Source: Mobula hypostoma (Eukaryota). From it: 64,000 bases of DNA. Every line of letters begins with the position of its first letter. The first letter of the stretch is position 1. The translations under genes were made by a program, and so were the position numbers. The DNA lies in contig NC_086109.1 in the NCBI RefSeq assembly GCF_963921235.1, forward strand, positions 30,320,001 through 30,384,000, written 5' to 3'. This document shows positions 38,881 through 51,408 of the stretch, piece by piece. The notes beneath the pieces were generated by a model. That model was given only the letters and a program-made list of their open reading frames with translations. It was not told the origin of the DNA and did not search any database.

Positions 38881-40564
38881 TAAATTCAGTGTGTAATCCT
38901 TAGGGCTGTAATACAAGGTGTTTTCTGTGAACCTATGGAATCATAAAGTTGATTCCCATCTATCCTAATCCATTTTACCTACTTTAGGTCACTATCATTC
39001 TCCTTTTAGTGGTGACACAGGCAGACAGGGAAATGAAAAAGGCAATTGTTATCCTGAGTCATCACTTTGTGTCTGTATATCAACACTCCCAAGCTTCCTG
39101 CTATTTACTATAAGGGTTCTTACAGAATTTGGCTAGCTTGCAACAAAGGATTGTCCAGACATTAGGTTAGCTATGCAGTCCTGTTGCAGAGGATCACTCT
39201 GTCGCAACCCACGTCATACAGTAATACTTCCATCTCACTAACCATTAAACAGTGTGTAGTGGTAAACAGTTCCATTGTTTGCTTGTAGATTCGCACATGC
39301 GCCTTCCTTTCCCTTTCATATCATTTTCCCTTGTTTTCCTGTTCATTCTCTTTTGTTAAATCCCATAAGAACTTCTATACACTCACAAATGGTTTTCTGA
39401 AAACTGTTTAAATTTGTACCTTACATTATGCAGTTAAATGGATTATGAATAAACGATGTGAACAGCATACTTTGCATAAATCTATAATTTATATATAAAA
39501 ATGTCTTTTGCAGTGTTGAGCTATTCCAAAATACTTGACAAACATTTTTGATGTGTTGTTTCTGTAATTTAGGGTTAAGGTAGAAGTCTGTAATCATTAC
39601 ATTGTTTTTTACTTTAGTACGAATTCATGAGTAATTAGGAGATTATCATTCTGTTGCTCTTTCTTCTATAGATCATTTCTAATCTAAATTCTTTTAGAAT
39701 GACATCAGTTTTTGTCTTTGGCTTCCAATTGTCTGACCGCTCTCCCTTTTCTCACAATAATCTTTTCCAGAATTTTTAAGACTGGATTTCAAAGATGGGA
39801 CTGCACATGTACAATTTCTCTCACTATTGAATCTGTTACTACTGTTGTGCCTTAGTTGCTAAAGTTTCCTCCTTGAACTGAATTCTCTTATTTTTAAATA
39901 ATGTTAGCTTATTAGATGGTCTTGTTCAGACATTTCATCACCTTCATAGGAAGAAAGTTGTTTGAGACAATAATTTTTTATATGGCTGTATCTGTTATAG
40001 TCTGCTCCTCACTACTCCTGATCAGTGGATAAATCACTTTTTCCTGCTGCTGCTAGACCACTGTATCTCATTAGGATCATGTTGTGGAAACCTCTGTCCC
40101 TCCTACATGCATCACATTAACTCTGATACATTGCAAGGTTTTGAGCATCTGATTTCATTTCAGTTTGTCCATTTTGTTTCTGCTACTCGAAGCTTCAGTT
40201 TCAGCAAAAAAAATAATTTGATATTTTCCTATAACTATTAGTCAACTTGCAAGTTTTAAAATTGAATTCTCCAATTTTCATTAAATTACCCACTTTTCCC
40301 TTTCCTCCTTCTGCTTCAGATTCTTTCAGAGAAGGATTAATTTTGGAAATAATGATCTCATTTTGTTCCAGCCTCGGCTCATTGCAGGTTTGCATAATGT
40401 ACTGTAACAGTGTGTAGGCTGATAGCATCATGTTGCTTTTGAAAAATATCTTTAGTTCCCGTGCATGTCACAGTGGAAATCACATTGTTACTAGGCATGT
40501 TGCAGCCTTCTGGACTCAATATTAAAATCTATACCTTCAGGTAACTTGAATTTTTGTTCAGTAG

Positions 40565-41070
40565 GTTTTAATAGGTTTCAGTAGGTACATTTAATGTCAG
40601 AGAAATGTATACAATATACATCCTGAAATTCTTTTTCTTCACAAACATCAACAAAAAAAGAGGGGTGCCCCGAAGAATGAATGACAGTTAAATGTTAGAA
40701 CCTCAAAGCCCCCCCCCAGCTCCCCCTCCCATGCATAAGCAGCAGCAAGGCAATGACCCCCCTTCCCCCACCAGCAAAAAAAGCATCGGCACTCTCCACC
40801 GAGCACTCTAGCGTGCAGCAAAACATAAATAAAGATACAGACTTGCAGTACTCCAAAGACCACTTGTTCATCTGGTAATTTGACATACCACAGGCTCTCT
40901 TTCTCCCTTAAAAGGGAAAAAGGGGTGTCCCAGTTTCACAGAGAGAGGGGAGACAGAACAAACAATTCGCCAATTTAAGTCTGTTGCTTCACTTCTTCTG
41001 AGCTCTGTGCCCAAGGAACACGGATGTCTGGGCACACAGCCAGCAGCCAGGCCACTGCTTACAATCCTCC
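40565..41070 (-). mobile_element. Unclassified retroposon 3' end (Rex-like tail)
   Basis: LINE-type tail (TTTAATGTCAGAGAAATGTATACAATATACATCCTGAAATTC) with a GC-rich body; family uncertain. Confidence 0.5.
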
Positions 41071-43559
41071 TTCTCCCACAACGTGCTGGGCAGTGGCACC
41101 GACTGCGAGTCCACCCGCCTCCAGAGCCTGTATCTGGTACATCTTTTCTTTCCCCCTTTTTCTCAGTGAGTTGAAGCTGTACCCAGACTGCCCAGTTGGG
41201 TATATCCCCTGACTTCAGTTTTCACAGCTCCTACAATTCTTTTAGCCACATTCTTTTGTCTATGCTTGCACTCTCTAACTGCTCCCATTCACTCATTAAC
41301 CACATAATCTTGTTTACAGTTTATCCTCACAGACAACTTGATTTGACTCTTTCAGAGGCATCTGTTACAAGGATAAACTCAGGTGGGCACAGAGAGAACC
41401 TGTAATTACTGACAAGTACCTTTGCTGTCTCAATGGTAGAAAACAATAATTTACACAAACAAATACCTGTGTGCACACCACTACGTTTTCGTGGCCCTCC
41501 ATGAACAGTCAAAGAATAGAAAAGATAATAACAAAACATGGTGTCTATGCAGGCCGTATGTTCCTGTGATCCTGCTGCAATCTCCACATGTCCATGGGGT
41601 ACTCCACATCCATGATTGTGGGTCTCTGGTTGTAGCAGAGTTATTACTGCTTTTGTAATTGAAGCATCTGCTTTTATATTTGTTCCTTACCAGTTCAGAT
41701 GTTGAATTTCGGTGTTATTGGCTCTAGTTCAGACCAGCATCCATTTATTGCCCTTCTTGCACAAGTGACAACTGGTAATTGGCTCTTTGTTCTAAATCAT
41801 TTCCCAAACCAGTAACCAGATGGAATCACTCATGGCAAACGCAGGCCCCACCATTCCCAAATCTGCATGTAATATCTAACCAAAGAACACCTCACAAACA
41901 ACTTCTTATTTGGAAATAATTCTGAGTCCAGCAGATTACATGGAGCATCACTGTGTCTGCTTTAAAACACTAATCCAGCCAAGCAACTCTGGTTCACAAA
42001 ATGAAAGAAGCAAAGCAGTTTCACAAAATGGCAGCCTCCACCTCCTTCAAGCATATGGCAAGAATAAAGACAATTGGTTTATCTACTTCCATGGTCCTTG
42101 ATGCATTTGATTTCACTGATTTGTAGACTGTAGTTCTTTCTGGCCAAAACATCCCACCCTCTCTGCAGCTTTACAGGCTTCTTTTTTTAAATGGTTATGA
42201 TTGCGCATCATTTTATCAAAAATAATTTCACCATGATTTATTTCAGGATAGTATTTGAAGTTCAACTCAGAGACACATTACCATTATTTAAGATCCAGTT
42301 AAGTGTACTCTGGGTTACCAAGTCCAGTGGGGTCTCTCCATATTGTCCCATATTGTGTCCATATGATATGGTATCGCCAGCTCTTCCACTAGACCGTCCA
42401 ATCATTGATCAAGCTCTCTTAAGGCATCTTGCTTTTCTGTTTATTCTAGTCAATTAAGGATGAACTGGCTCATGTCATTGAAATGGTTCCACGCAGTTAA
42501 CCAAGTAAATTCCTCTTCTGCTATTGAGCCTCGGGCCTGGTTTATCCATACACTTGTCCCAGCATTGCTCAATCAGTTTGTGCATCAGCAACTGGACCTT
42601 CTGCTTCTGACTCTCCAAGGTAATGAACTGCTGTAGGTGTGGGTCACTCAACAGCCTCAGGGCTTCTGTCGTTCCAGCTCATCCTCAGGCCCTGCTGTCT
42701 CAGTCCACCCACTCCCAGGCATCATCTTCACTCTTCCTTTCCTTTCTGATGAATGGTCTTCAACCTGCAAAGATGTTTCTCTTCTCACAGATACAGCCTG
42801 ACCTGTTGAGTGTTTCTGCATTTTTTTGTTTTCGTGTTGGTTGTCCTTTATTACCAGACAGAACATGTAACTCATGTAGTGGTCAAGATCTACCACTGAA
42901 TGTATTAATAATCAGTAAAAGTAAGTTAGAGATTCCAGACTTAAGGAATAGAAAGTTGCAACTAAGAATGCACAGTTCAGCTTTCAAGCCTTTCTCCTGG
43001 GAATTACGATGTGTACTTCAGTTTTTTTACATGTGCAGTGCAAATTGATTTCACTTCCCATTGTGCAAAAAACTAACCTTTTCTGACGGGGCCAAAAATG
43101 CAATATAGGCCAGAGATAAAACTGTCTCAGGGTTCACCTCTTTAGTTTAAAGGGTGACAAATTCTATTAAAATAGTGGACAGATAAATGTCATATAAGTA
43201 TTTTATACTTTTGTCTGCTATTTTGGCACCAGGTATTTATTATGTTGCATTTTAAGCTTTCAGAAAAACAACATTTTTGAAATGAACTGCAGTCTGATCA
43301 ACAACTATAAGAGATAGAGTGATGTCTTCCTTTCGATACCTCGTGATAACTCAGCTCTAAAGCTTTGTTTCAATGATATTGCATCCATTTCTTAGCCTTA
43401 AAGTTGTTTAAAATGTACAAGAGACAAGACTCTTGCCTTTACTTAGTGCAAAAAATTCACAAGCACCACAATGCTGATTTTAACATGACATTCCTATGAA
43501 ATTATCATTGAAAATGATGCTTTTTGTTACGTTTGTACTGACCGAAATAAATTTCATTC

Positions 43560-43770
43560 ATTCATTCAAATTGCAAACTGCAAGATCCCACAATCTATAA
43601 TGAGATAAATGTTTTCTTTTCTCTACTGCGAGTGAAATTATAGATACAACTCCACAGAAATTCCATTGCTCAACTACAAATAGTATCACTGAATCCTTTA
43701 TGTTCATCTCAGATGATAGAAGGAATCTGAGCGTCTTATTTGAATGATGAACTTCAGACAGTACTGTGCA
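43560..43770 (-). mobile_element. Ancient Deu-domain SINE relic (AmnSINE/SacSINE-like)
   Basis: AATTGCAAACTGCAAGATCCCACAA...AATAGTATCACTGAATCCTTTATGTTCATC resembles the reversed Deu core as I recall it; a similar relic lies at about 60590-60730. Confidence 0.5.
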
Positions 43771-44116
43771 CACATTCTTTCTCTCACTCTCCTTTTTCTC
43801 CCTCTGTCCCTCTGTATATACCTCTTGCCCATCCTCTGGGTCACCCCCCCCCCCCGTCTTTCTTCCCGGACCTCCTGTCTCATGATCCTCTCGTATCTCC
43901 TTTTGCCTATCACCTGTCCAGCTCTCGGCTCTATCCCTCCCCCTCCTGTCTTCTCCTATCATTTTGCATCTCCCCCTCCCCCTCCAGCTTTCAAATCCCT
44001 TACTCACTCTTCCTTCAGTTAGTCCTGACGAAGGGTCTCGGCCTGAAACGTCGACTGCGCCTCTTCCTATAGATGCTGCTTGGCCTGCTGCGTTCACCAG
44101 CAACTTTGATGTATGT
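43771..44116 (+). mobile_element. Young PLE 3' terminal-repeat insertion with 9-bp TSD
   Basis: TACTGTGCA at 43762-43770 and 44117-44125; closely similar to the reverse of 63455-63887; CpGs retained. Confidence 0.88.
44021..44056 (+). ncRNA. Minimal type I hammerhead ribozyme motif in PLE terminal repeat
   Basis: AGTC-CTGACGA-AGGGTCTCGGCCT-GAAAC-GTC-GACT: stem I AGTC/GACT, CUGANGA core, stem II hairpin, GAAA, GUC cleavage triplet and a palindromic minimal stem III (ACGT). Confidence 0.8.
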
Positions 44117-44127
44117 TACTGTGCAGT

Positions 44128-44440
44128 TAGGATTGATTTATGATTGTCACATGTACTGAGATACAGTGAAAAGCTTTTGCTTTGCATGCTATCCAAACAT
44201 ATCATGCTATGCATACAATGCAGAATATAGTGTTGCTGTTACAGAGAAAGTGCAGTGCAGGTAGACAATTAGAGTAAAAGGCCACAATAAAATAGACTTC
44301 AAGTGTTCAACTTTTTGTATCTGAGGGTCCATTCAAGCATCTGATAACAGTCTGGTGGTACACACTCTCAACCATTTGTATCTTCTGCCCAACAGGAGAG
44401 GGAAGAAGAGGGAATGACTGGGATAGGAGGGGTCCTTGGC
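44128..44440 (-). mobile_element. Rex1/Babar 3' fragment
   Basis: ATTGTCACATGTACTGAGATACAGTGAAAAGC reverse tail plus GTATCTTCTGCCCAACAGGAGAGGG. Confidence 0.7.
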
Positions 44441-46479
44441 TGGACCAGTTGTCTCCAGCTATGTCAAAGCAAATTATACGCTCAGGTGTATGAGCACTCA
44501 ACTTTTTAACATAAATCTACCAGGAGTTATAGAGTCATAGAGCGTAGGTGAAGCTATTTGGCCAATCAAGTGTGCACCAGAAATGTTCTCCTTAGAAGTT
44601 AGTTTTTCCAATGGGCTCTCCGATACTATGATGTGATCTTCGGCAGACATCCCAGCTCTCAGGTCAGAGAGCCTGTTGGCTCAATTTGTGTCAAATTCAA
44701 TCTCAGCAGTCAAAATGAATGGGAGAGACTAGCTTCCAAGATAAAGGGTAATTTTTTAAAAAATTGTTAATGCTAATGCTTTTAGTTGATTTTTACTGCC
44801 CAGTGATATTTTAAATAAGTTAAATATTGTGGGGAAATGGTTTTAATAGTTTCAGTCAGCAATGCTGACACCTTAGATTGCTGGTTGGCCTCAGAGAAGG
44901 ATTGCACCGGCTGTCACAGCCATTCTATGATTGCAGCCAACTGTTTGCATTGTGCCAGCCTCGGGCAGCACGCAGCCTCACTGAAGTGCTGGAAGCAGGA
45001 CTCCTAATTGACAACTACCTCCAGGCACCATGGTCAATCAAACACCGTGCCAATGATTATGGAAAGCGCTGACCTGATATTTTCTTTCATTTGGGTGTTT
45101 CAGATTTTTCTAAGTAGCAAGAAAGTTCTTACATTACAGTTAGATCAAACTAGCCAAATATTTTAAAAAATGAGTTTATTTAGTTAAAAATATTAGTTAT
45201 TAAAAATTCTCACCATTCTGTTGCTTTCAATTAAAATCTTTTTTTTTCAGCTTTATAAATGCATACCTTTGCACTATTGAAATCCTCAGATACTTAAGCA
45301 TTCTGTTTATATATGAACTGACTATGGGACTACAAAGCCATGTCATTTTTTTCCTAGATCTGAGCAGTTTTTGGTCACTGAACTCTGACAGGTTAGATTT
45401 CAAAGGGATCAGGGCAGACTCCAGGTTATCTGATGAAAGCAATTTGCATATCTTCTGGCTAAAGAACAGATCTGGGAATTACAGAAACATGATGCTCTTG
45501 TGGGACAGCCACGATTGATCATAGTTTAACTACTTGCAAACAGATGGTGGGGGACTGAGGAGAGATCGTAAGCATATTTAATTTTAACCTTTCATTTACT
45601 TGAAACAATTGCTTCTGTATCAGACTGTACAGACAACTGACTGTTGCAACTCCTGTTAATTATTTGTCATCTGGAAGAGCTATGGATCATTGTCCTTTAT
45701 TAGATTTTGGCATCAGTTGTTCCTAACTTACCTGATTTGAAATTACTATAAATTATCTATCAATGTTTTTATGAAGTGTTCATAATTTGATTAATTTTTG
45801 TTTAAGGTGCTTCTGATCAATTTAAAATCTTCTTAACCTGAAGCAAATTCATGATGAATTTTAGTATTATGGTTGCTCCATGGAATAAATAAAGCTGAAT
45901 GTAAAATATAGCTATTCTTTGCAGCTTACAGAACCTAAGTTAAAATTTTGTAGTTACTTTAATCCAGCTAAAATGTTATATTGAATTCAGGATTATAAAT
46001 TGTCAAGTGTTGAATTGTAGAAGTTCAATAACAATTATAATAAATACAATGGTGTTAGCATAATAAATGGTCCAAGCTACTTCATAGAAGGAGATGTAAA
46101 TGCTGTTCAACAACCATGGTCAGATCTCTCTAATACTTTCATTGTATTTCAGTCAACTCACAATTAACCAGTTCAAACTCAATACTTTGCCCCTTACTCC
46201 AGCCTATCCTTCTGTGGAGCACTTAAGGTCCAACCTGAACATTTGACATTTGACCTACTGACAAGATTGGCGCTGTTGGTTGGAGGATCCAAATTTTAAA
46301 CTTTGGAGCTTGAACTCAAGCTCTCTTCTCTTATACTTCCCTGTGGACTTTGATCCCAATACTGAACATTGGAGCCATTGTTTCCCAATTTATTCACTAA
46401 ATTCCTCATCACAGAAAACCTTGCTTTCACAACCTTGAGCTTTGAAATTAGCGCTCCCCACCTTTAAACCCTCCCAAGA

Positions 46480-47410
46480 TCCAAAAGCAGTACTGCTCTG
46501 ATAGACACATCATTTCGGTCTATTCTACTGCCGTAGAACCTAGTTATTCCTGTATCCCTTCTCCTGTCTATTCTATTTACATCTACAACACATGTGAGGA
46601 CCTTCAGTAGTTTAAGTTTCCTAATCTGACATACACTCAGTTGTCACTTATTAGTTACAGCTGTATGTCTGCACGGTAGTGCAAATATCAAACCAGCCAA
46701 TCACATGGTAGCACTCAATGCATAAAAGCATGCAGGCATGCTCAAGGGTTTCAGTTATTATTCAGATCAAACATCAGAATGGAAAAGAAATGTGATCTTC
46801 AGGTGATTTTGATTGTTAGTACCAGATGGGATGGTTTGAGTATCTCGGAAACTGCTGATCTCCTGGGAGTTTCAAGCACAACAGTTTCTAGTGTCTACAG
46901 AGTGAGTGGCAGTTCTGTGGGTGAAAATCCTTGTTAGTGAGAGAGATCAAAGGAGAATGGCCAGACTGGTTCAAGCTGACATGAAGGTGACAGTAACTCA
47001 AGTAACTCACACCTCTTACAACAGAAGTGTGCAAAAGAGCATCTCTGAACACACAACAGGTCAAACCTTGAAGTGGATGTAGTACAGCAGCGGAAGACCA
47101 CAAGCACATACTCAATGGTCTCTTTATTAGGTACAGGAGATACCTAATAAAGTGGCCACCGCGTTTACCTTAATTGAATATTAGATATCTGATCCCTGTA
47201 CAACTTCCATCCCTCAATACGTCGGCCTGACTACAAGGCAAGCCTCTTGCCACCCATCACTACCTTCTCTGCTCGGTTTGTGTTGAACAACTTTCCACTT
47301 GACTACACTCATGTCTCCAAATCAAAAGTGTTGCTATGGGAACCTGTGTGAGTCTTGATTATGCATGCCTGTCTGTGAGGTTTGTACAATATTCCTTCTT
47401 CCAGCCCTTC
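46480..47410 (+). mobile_element. Old Penelope-like RT relic, split by a Tc1-derived element
   Basis: LDI*SLY/TSIPQ, VLNNFPLDYTH, QIKSVAMGTCVSLDYACLSV correspond to PLE RT motifs DVxSLYTSIP and GVAMGTRMGPSYACLF. Confidence 0.7.
46634..47165 (+). mobile_element. Tc1-derived non-autonomous element, uninterrupted
   Basis: TA-CACTCAGTTGTCACTTATTAG left end; HTH relic (GLSISETADLLGVSSTTVSSVYR); the right end is a TIR hairpin at about 47110-47165. Confidence 0.85.
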
Positions 47411-47514
47411 AGCTGTCCAGTCTTGTAACTAAAATTCAATTGAACTGGGAGGAGAAGTCCATAACCAACTTACATGCTCTGCTATTCTCTGTGGAGTGAG
47501 GGAAGAGGAGAAGT

Positions 47515-47858
47515 GCCTTGACAGAGGTGCATAAGATTATAACAGAATGGACAGAGAGACAATGACTAATACCAAAGAACGTTGTTTTAATGTGTGTGGA
47601 GGAAAGTTTAGGGGGGATGTCAGAGGTATGTCTTTCACATAGATTAGTAGGTGTCTAGAATGCACCACCAGAGGTGGTAGTTGTGGCAGAAACATTAGGG
47701 ACATATACGGGACTCTTAGATAGGCACAGGGATGGAGAAATGATGAGGGTTATGGGCTGTTTAGGAGGGAGAAGTTAGATTGATCACGGAGTAGGTTTAT
47801 TGTATATTTCATGCCCTGAAGGTTCATACTAAGCTGTACTGTTCAATGTTCTATGTTA
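47515..47858 (+). mobile_element. CR1 3' fragment
   Basis: GGAAAGTTTAGGGGGGATGTCAGAGGTA...TTCACATAGA; tail GTTCAATGTTCTATG. Confidence 0.75.
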
Positions 47859-48494
47859 AGATCATGGCTGGAGCAGTTTGGATCCTTCACTCAGCAATAT
47901 ATTCTGTCTGTTTTAACTTTTCAGTGCTCTTTGTTTCAGTCAAAATGGCAGCTATCTCTTACTTAGAAAGATTCTGTTTTCTTGGCACCTTGGTAAATCT
48001 TCATCAATGAACCTCTGACAGTGGTTAAAAAAAGATTTCTCTCCTCCGCCATGATAGGCAATCCCTTTGTAACCTGTGTATATTTTTTGTAGCCTTTTTA
48101 TGCTCTCTTCACATCACACTTTCCCACCCACCTTTGTCTAATTGGCAAATTTAGCAGCCATAACTTCCATATCTTTATCCCATCTGTTTCCCATCTTGAC
48201 TGTTCTTGTTTTTATTTAATTTACATATTATTTACGTAAATTGTAAAAGTTGAGGGACCAGCTCTGATGCCTGTGGCACAGAACTCTTTGTCAATCTGCC
48301 ATAAAAATAAGGTGTGGAAATATTCTGAAATGGTGATGTTATCAAGTGCAATATCCCTGATACTGAGTTAAGGTTTGATGTGATGCAAACATCTTTGTTT
48401 CCCACCATCTCCTGGTAGAATGAGTTGTGCACATCTGGATGCAGAAATTATTGAGATGGTACGTACTATCTTTTGTGGAAGTAATCAAATCAAG

Positions 48495-48818
48495 ACAACT
48501 CAACTCACCTCAACTCATTTAACTCTATACATGTATACCGTCAATGACACAATGTTTCTCTGGACCAGGGTGTAAAGCACAGTAGTACACATAACACACA
48601 ATAACTTAGGAAAGTAAGGATAAAATCTACAGATGAATTATGCATAAATATCTAAAGTAAACTGCATAAATTAAGTATTGTCAGATATGGAACGGATTAA
48701 CCGATGACATTTCCAATGTGATGTGACAGGGAGTTCAGAACACTGTTGGCCTGAAGGAAGAAACTGTTTCCCATCCTGACTGTTCTTGTTTTTATGCATC
48801 GAAGTCTCCTGCCTGATG
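48495..48818 (-). mobile_element. Rex1/Babar 3' fragment
   Basis: Reverse tail CTCAACTCACCTCAACTCATTT; similar to the plus-strand copy at about 34670-34825. Confidence 0.65.
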
Positions 48819-49220
48819 CTAAATAGATTCTGGATTTACTGTAAGACACAGTTTACCCATCTGTTGCCTTGCCCTATTGAGTCCCACGCAACTCAAACAT
48901 TGACTAAGTCTACAGATGGCAATGGAGACACGGGAGATTGCAGACACTAAAATATGGAGCAAAAAAGTAACAATCAATCCAGGTGCAGAGATTTGACCCA
49001 AAACATCAGCAATTCCAATCTTCCCACAGATGCTGTTCAATCCACCGAGATCCTCCAGCAGATATTTAGATGTTTTCAGATGTCAAGATCTGTGCCATCA
49101 GTGTGAAGCTGACATATTGGAATCTTTCTTTCTTCTATGGAGCAGCAGTCAGTCCTGGAGCAAGGACTTGACCTGAAACATCAACAATTCCATTCCTCCC
49201 ACAGTTGCTGCTCAACCCAC

Positions 49221-50002
49221 TGTTACTAACTGTAAAGTTTTGGAAATAAACCAGCAGCAAGAGATTTCAGACTGAGTCGGGTTTTAATGTTAAAACCACT
49301 ATCTTTATTAGTATCTACTTATAATATCGTAACTTAACCAAGGTAAACAAATGTTAACAGTGTTATGTGTATATTTGTGTGCAAATATAGCTCCCAAACT
49401 ATGTTGAGCTCTGGGAAACAAGGCTTACAGTCTTGAGATGTTAAAATAGGAAAGTTCAGTCATCCACGCAATAAATGATAGGAGAGAGATATTTGTAATC
49501 CAGGGTGAAACGTAGAGAAAAGGTGGTTACATCGAATTCCACAGGTAAACAAAAGTATCATCGTCAAAGATCTTGCCCGTTGTGACGTTCCAAATCCACA
49601 TACGAGTTATCACCGAAAGTGACCTGTCACAGGGATATTGTCTTCAAGTGGTTGCCACAGAATATACCCAGGCAAGGGTTAACACATAAGTGGTCTCCAC
49701 AGGATATCCCGAAAAATCCACTCCTTTGGATTATACGAAGTGACAGACACACATTCTGGAGCAAACTTGCCCCCTCCCCCCCCGACAGTTTGTAGTTTCA
49801 AGTCTTTACAAAGAGCTCAAGAGTAGCTGTTCTCTCTCTCCATTGTGATTACGACTATCGAAAAGTCTCTCCACTGCGACTGCGAAAAGTTCTCTCTCTC
49901 CCTGAGGTTAAACTCACAGTCAGCAGTGCCAGCCTGTGACTGACGTCATAGTTCCACCTCACTTAGGCGCTATTAAAGTGACAGTCCACAGGGTTCATAA
50001 CA
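49221..50002. mobile_element. Solo LTR (782 bp) with 4-bp TSD
   Basis: TGTTA...TAACA termini; CCAC at 49217-49220 and 50003-50006; interrupts a PLE-derived repeat that rejoins cleanly; candidate minus-strand AATAAA at 49304-49309. Confidence 0.85.
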
Positions 50003-50439
50003 CCACTAAGATTCTCCAGCAGATATTTAATTCGGTTTAAATAGAAAGCTCTGCGCCGCCCGTGTGAAGCTGACATTTTGGAATCTTAACTTTATTCTAT
50101 GCATAATCATCAGGGCTAATGTTTCACTGAAGCAGAAAATATACTTGCTCAAAATGTACAAACAACTTCATCAAAGCTCTGTTTCCAATGCAGATAAGGA
50201 GGATTTATCTGATGCAACAATTTCCCTATTTGCCCAGTTTGCTCTCATAAAATGTAAAAACATATTCTGACCTTTGAGTACTGAAGACTGAGCTGGAATG
50301 CTGCATATTTCATTGATGTAATTGGAATTCATGAAATGTGCATTAGGTTTAATGTTCTCCTTTAAGTTTTTGAAGCAAAAAGAACATGAAAGGACAGCTG
50401 CAAAACTGGTTCCTTACCACTACAAGCAGAGTCCCCAAC

Positions 50440-51165
50440 ACCCACCCACGCAGCTGTTTCTACAGTCCCAGTTGTATTTACTCTGGAAAGTCCGAGGACA
50501 ACTGCTTTTGCAGCCTCTCCTTCAGCAGGGTGGCAGGCACAGATGAACCATCTGCTGCCGACTGACTCTCAGCCATTGCTGACAACGCAAATGTCAATGC
50601 AATGGCAAGACCAATCCCAGCACCAAATTTATACGCTTCCGCCGTCTTCCCAGCTCCGGGGGGGGGGGGGGGGAATGTGTGGCATTGGTCAATCTAACAG
50701 TGTGCCGATGCTTTAAACAAGTCACTGATATGTTATTCATCAAAGAATATAGCTTTTTTTCACTTTCTGTTTAAAAAAGAACAGTAGAAGAAAAAAGAAG
50801 GCATTACAGTGTTTCTGCTTTGCAGTATTCCCAGAGCCTGGGATATTATTGATGGCACCTATGTGCCCCCCCCCGGACTGCTGCACACGATGCCTTGGTG
50901 TTCATGAACTGAAAGCGCTTCTACTCCATCAATGTCAAGGCACTCAGTGAACAATCCAGAATAATGCTGGTCAATACCAGCTTCAAAGGCAGTAGTCAGC
51001 ATTCCTGTAGTTTAAAGCAGTCTCTTGTGTCTCGCTTATTTATTAGACGAAGTCAGAGTGTAAGGACAGTTTCTGAAAGCTGATGGTGTTCAGTGCTGAA
51101 TCACGATACTTTTCTGATGCTAGGAACACCCCAGAAGCATTGCCAAAATTGTTAATGAGCATTAT
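50440..51165 (+). mobile_element. Ancient PIF/Harbinger (HARBI1-like) transposase relic
   Basis: Collinear broken-frame peptides: SEDNCFCSLSFSR, NLYASAVF, MCGIGQS..CRCFKQVTDML, IPRAWDIIDGTYVP, FMN*KRFYSINVK, VNTSFKGSSQHS (compare IDGTHV, NRKGFHSINVQ, ARxPGSxHD). Confidence 0.82.
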
Positions 51166-51408
51166 AATGACCCTCCATAAGCAGCATGTACGCTGTCTGT
51201 AGAAATAGCTCTGCAGCTACGCTGAGATGACGTCTTACGTTCCAAAGGCCATTTTATGTTTGCCAATATTATGTGTGTAATTGGCTAAGAATGTTTTGAC
51301 CAAGAAAGACAAATGGAACATGTCAACCACATTGCAAATCATCTTTGCAAGCCCTTTTGTTCCCCTATGCAGGGAGCTGAAATAAGATTGGAGAGGAAAG
51401 ATTTACAG

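Noticed and set aside
42338..42371. Short CCATATTG tandem repeat
   Set aside because: Three degenerate units; local slippage, not an array.
43558..44103. 181-aa ORF and overlapping ORFs
   Set aside because: Low-complexity purine/pyrimidine tract of the PLE terminal repeat that stays open by chance and crosses the TSD boundary.
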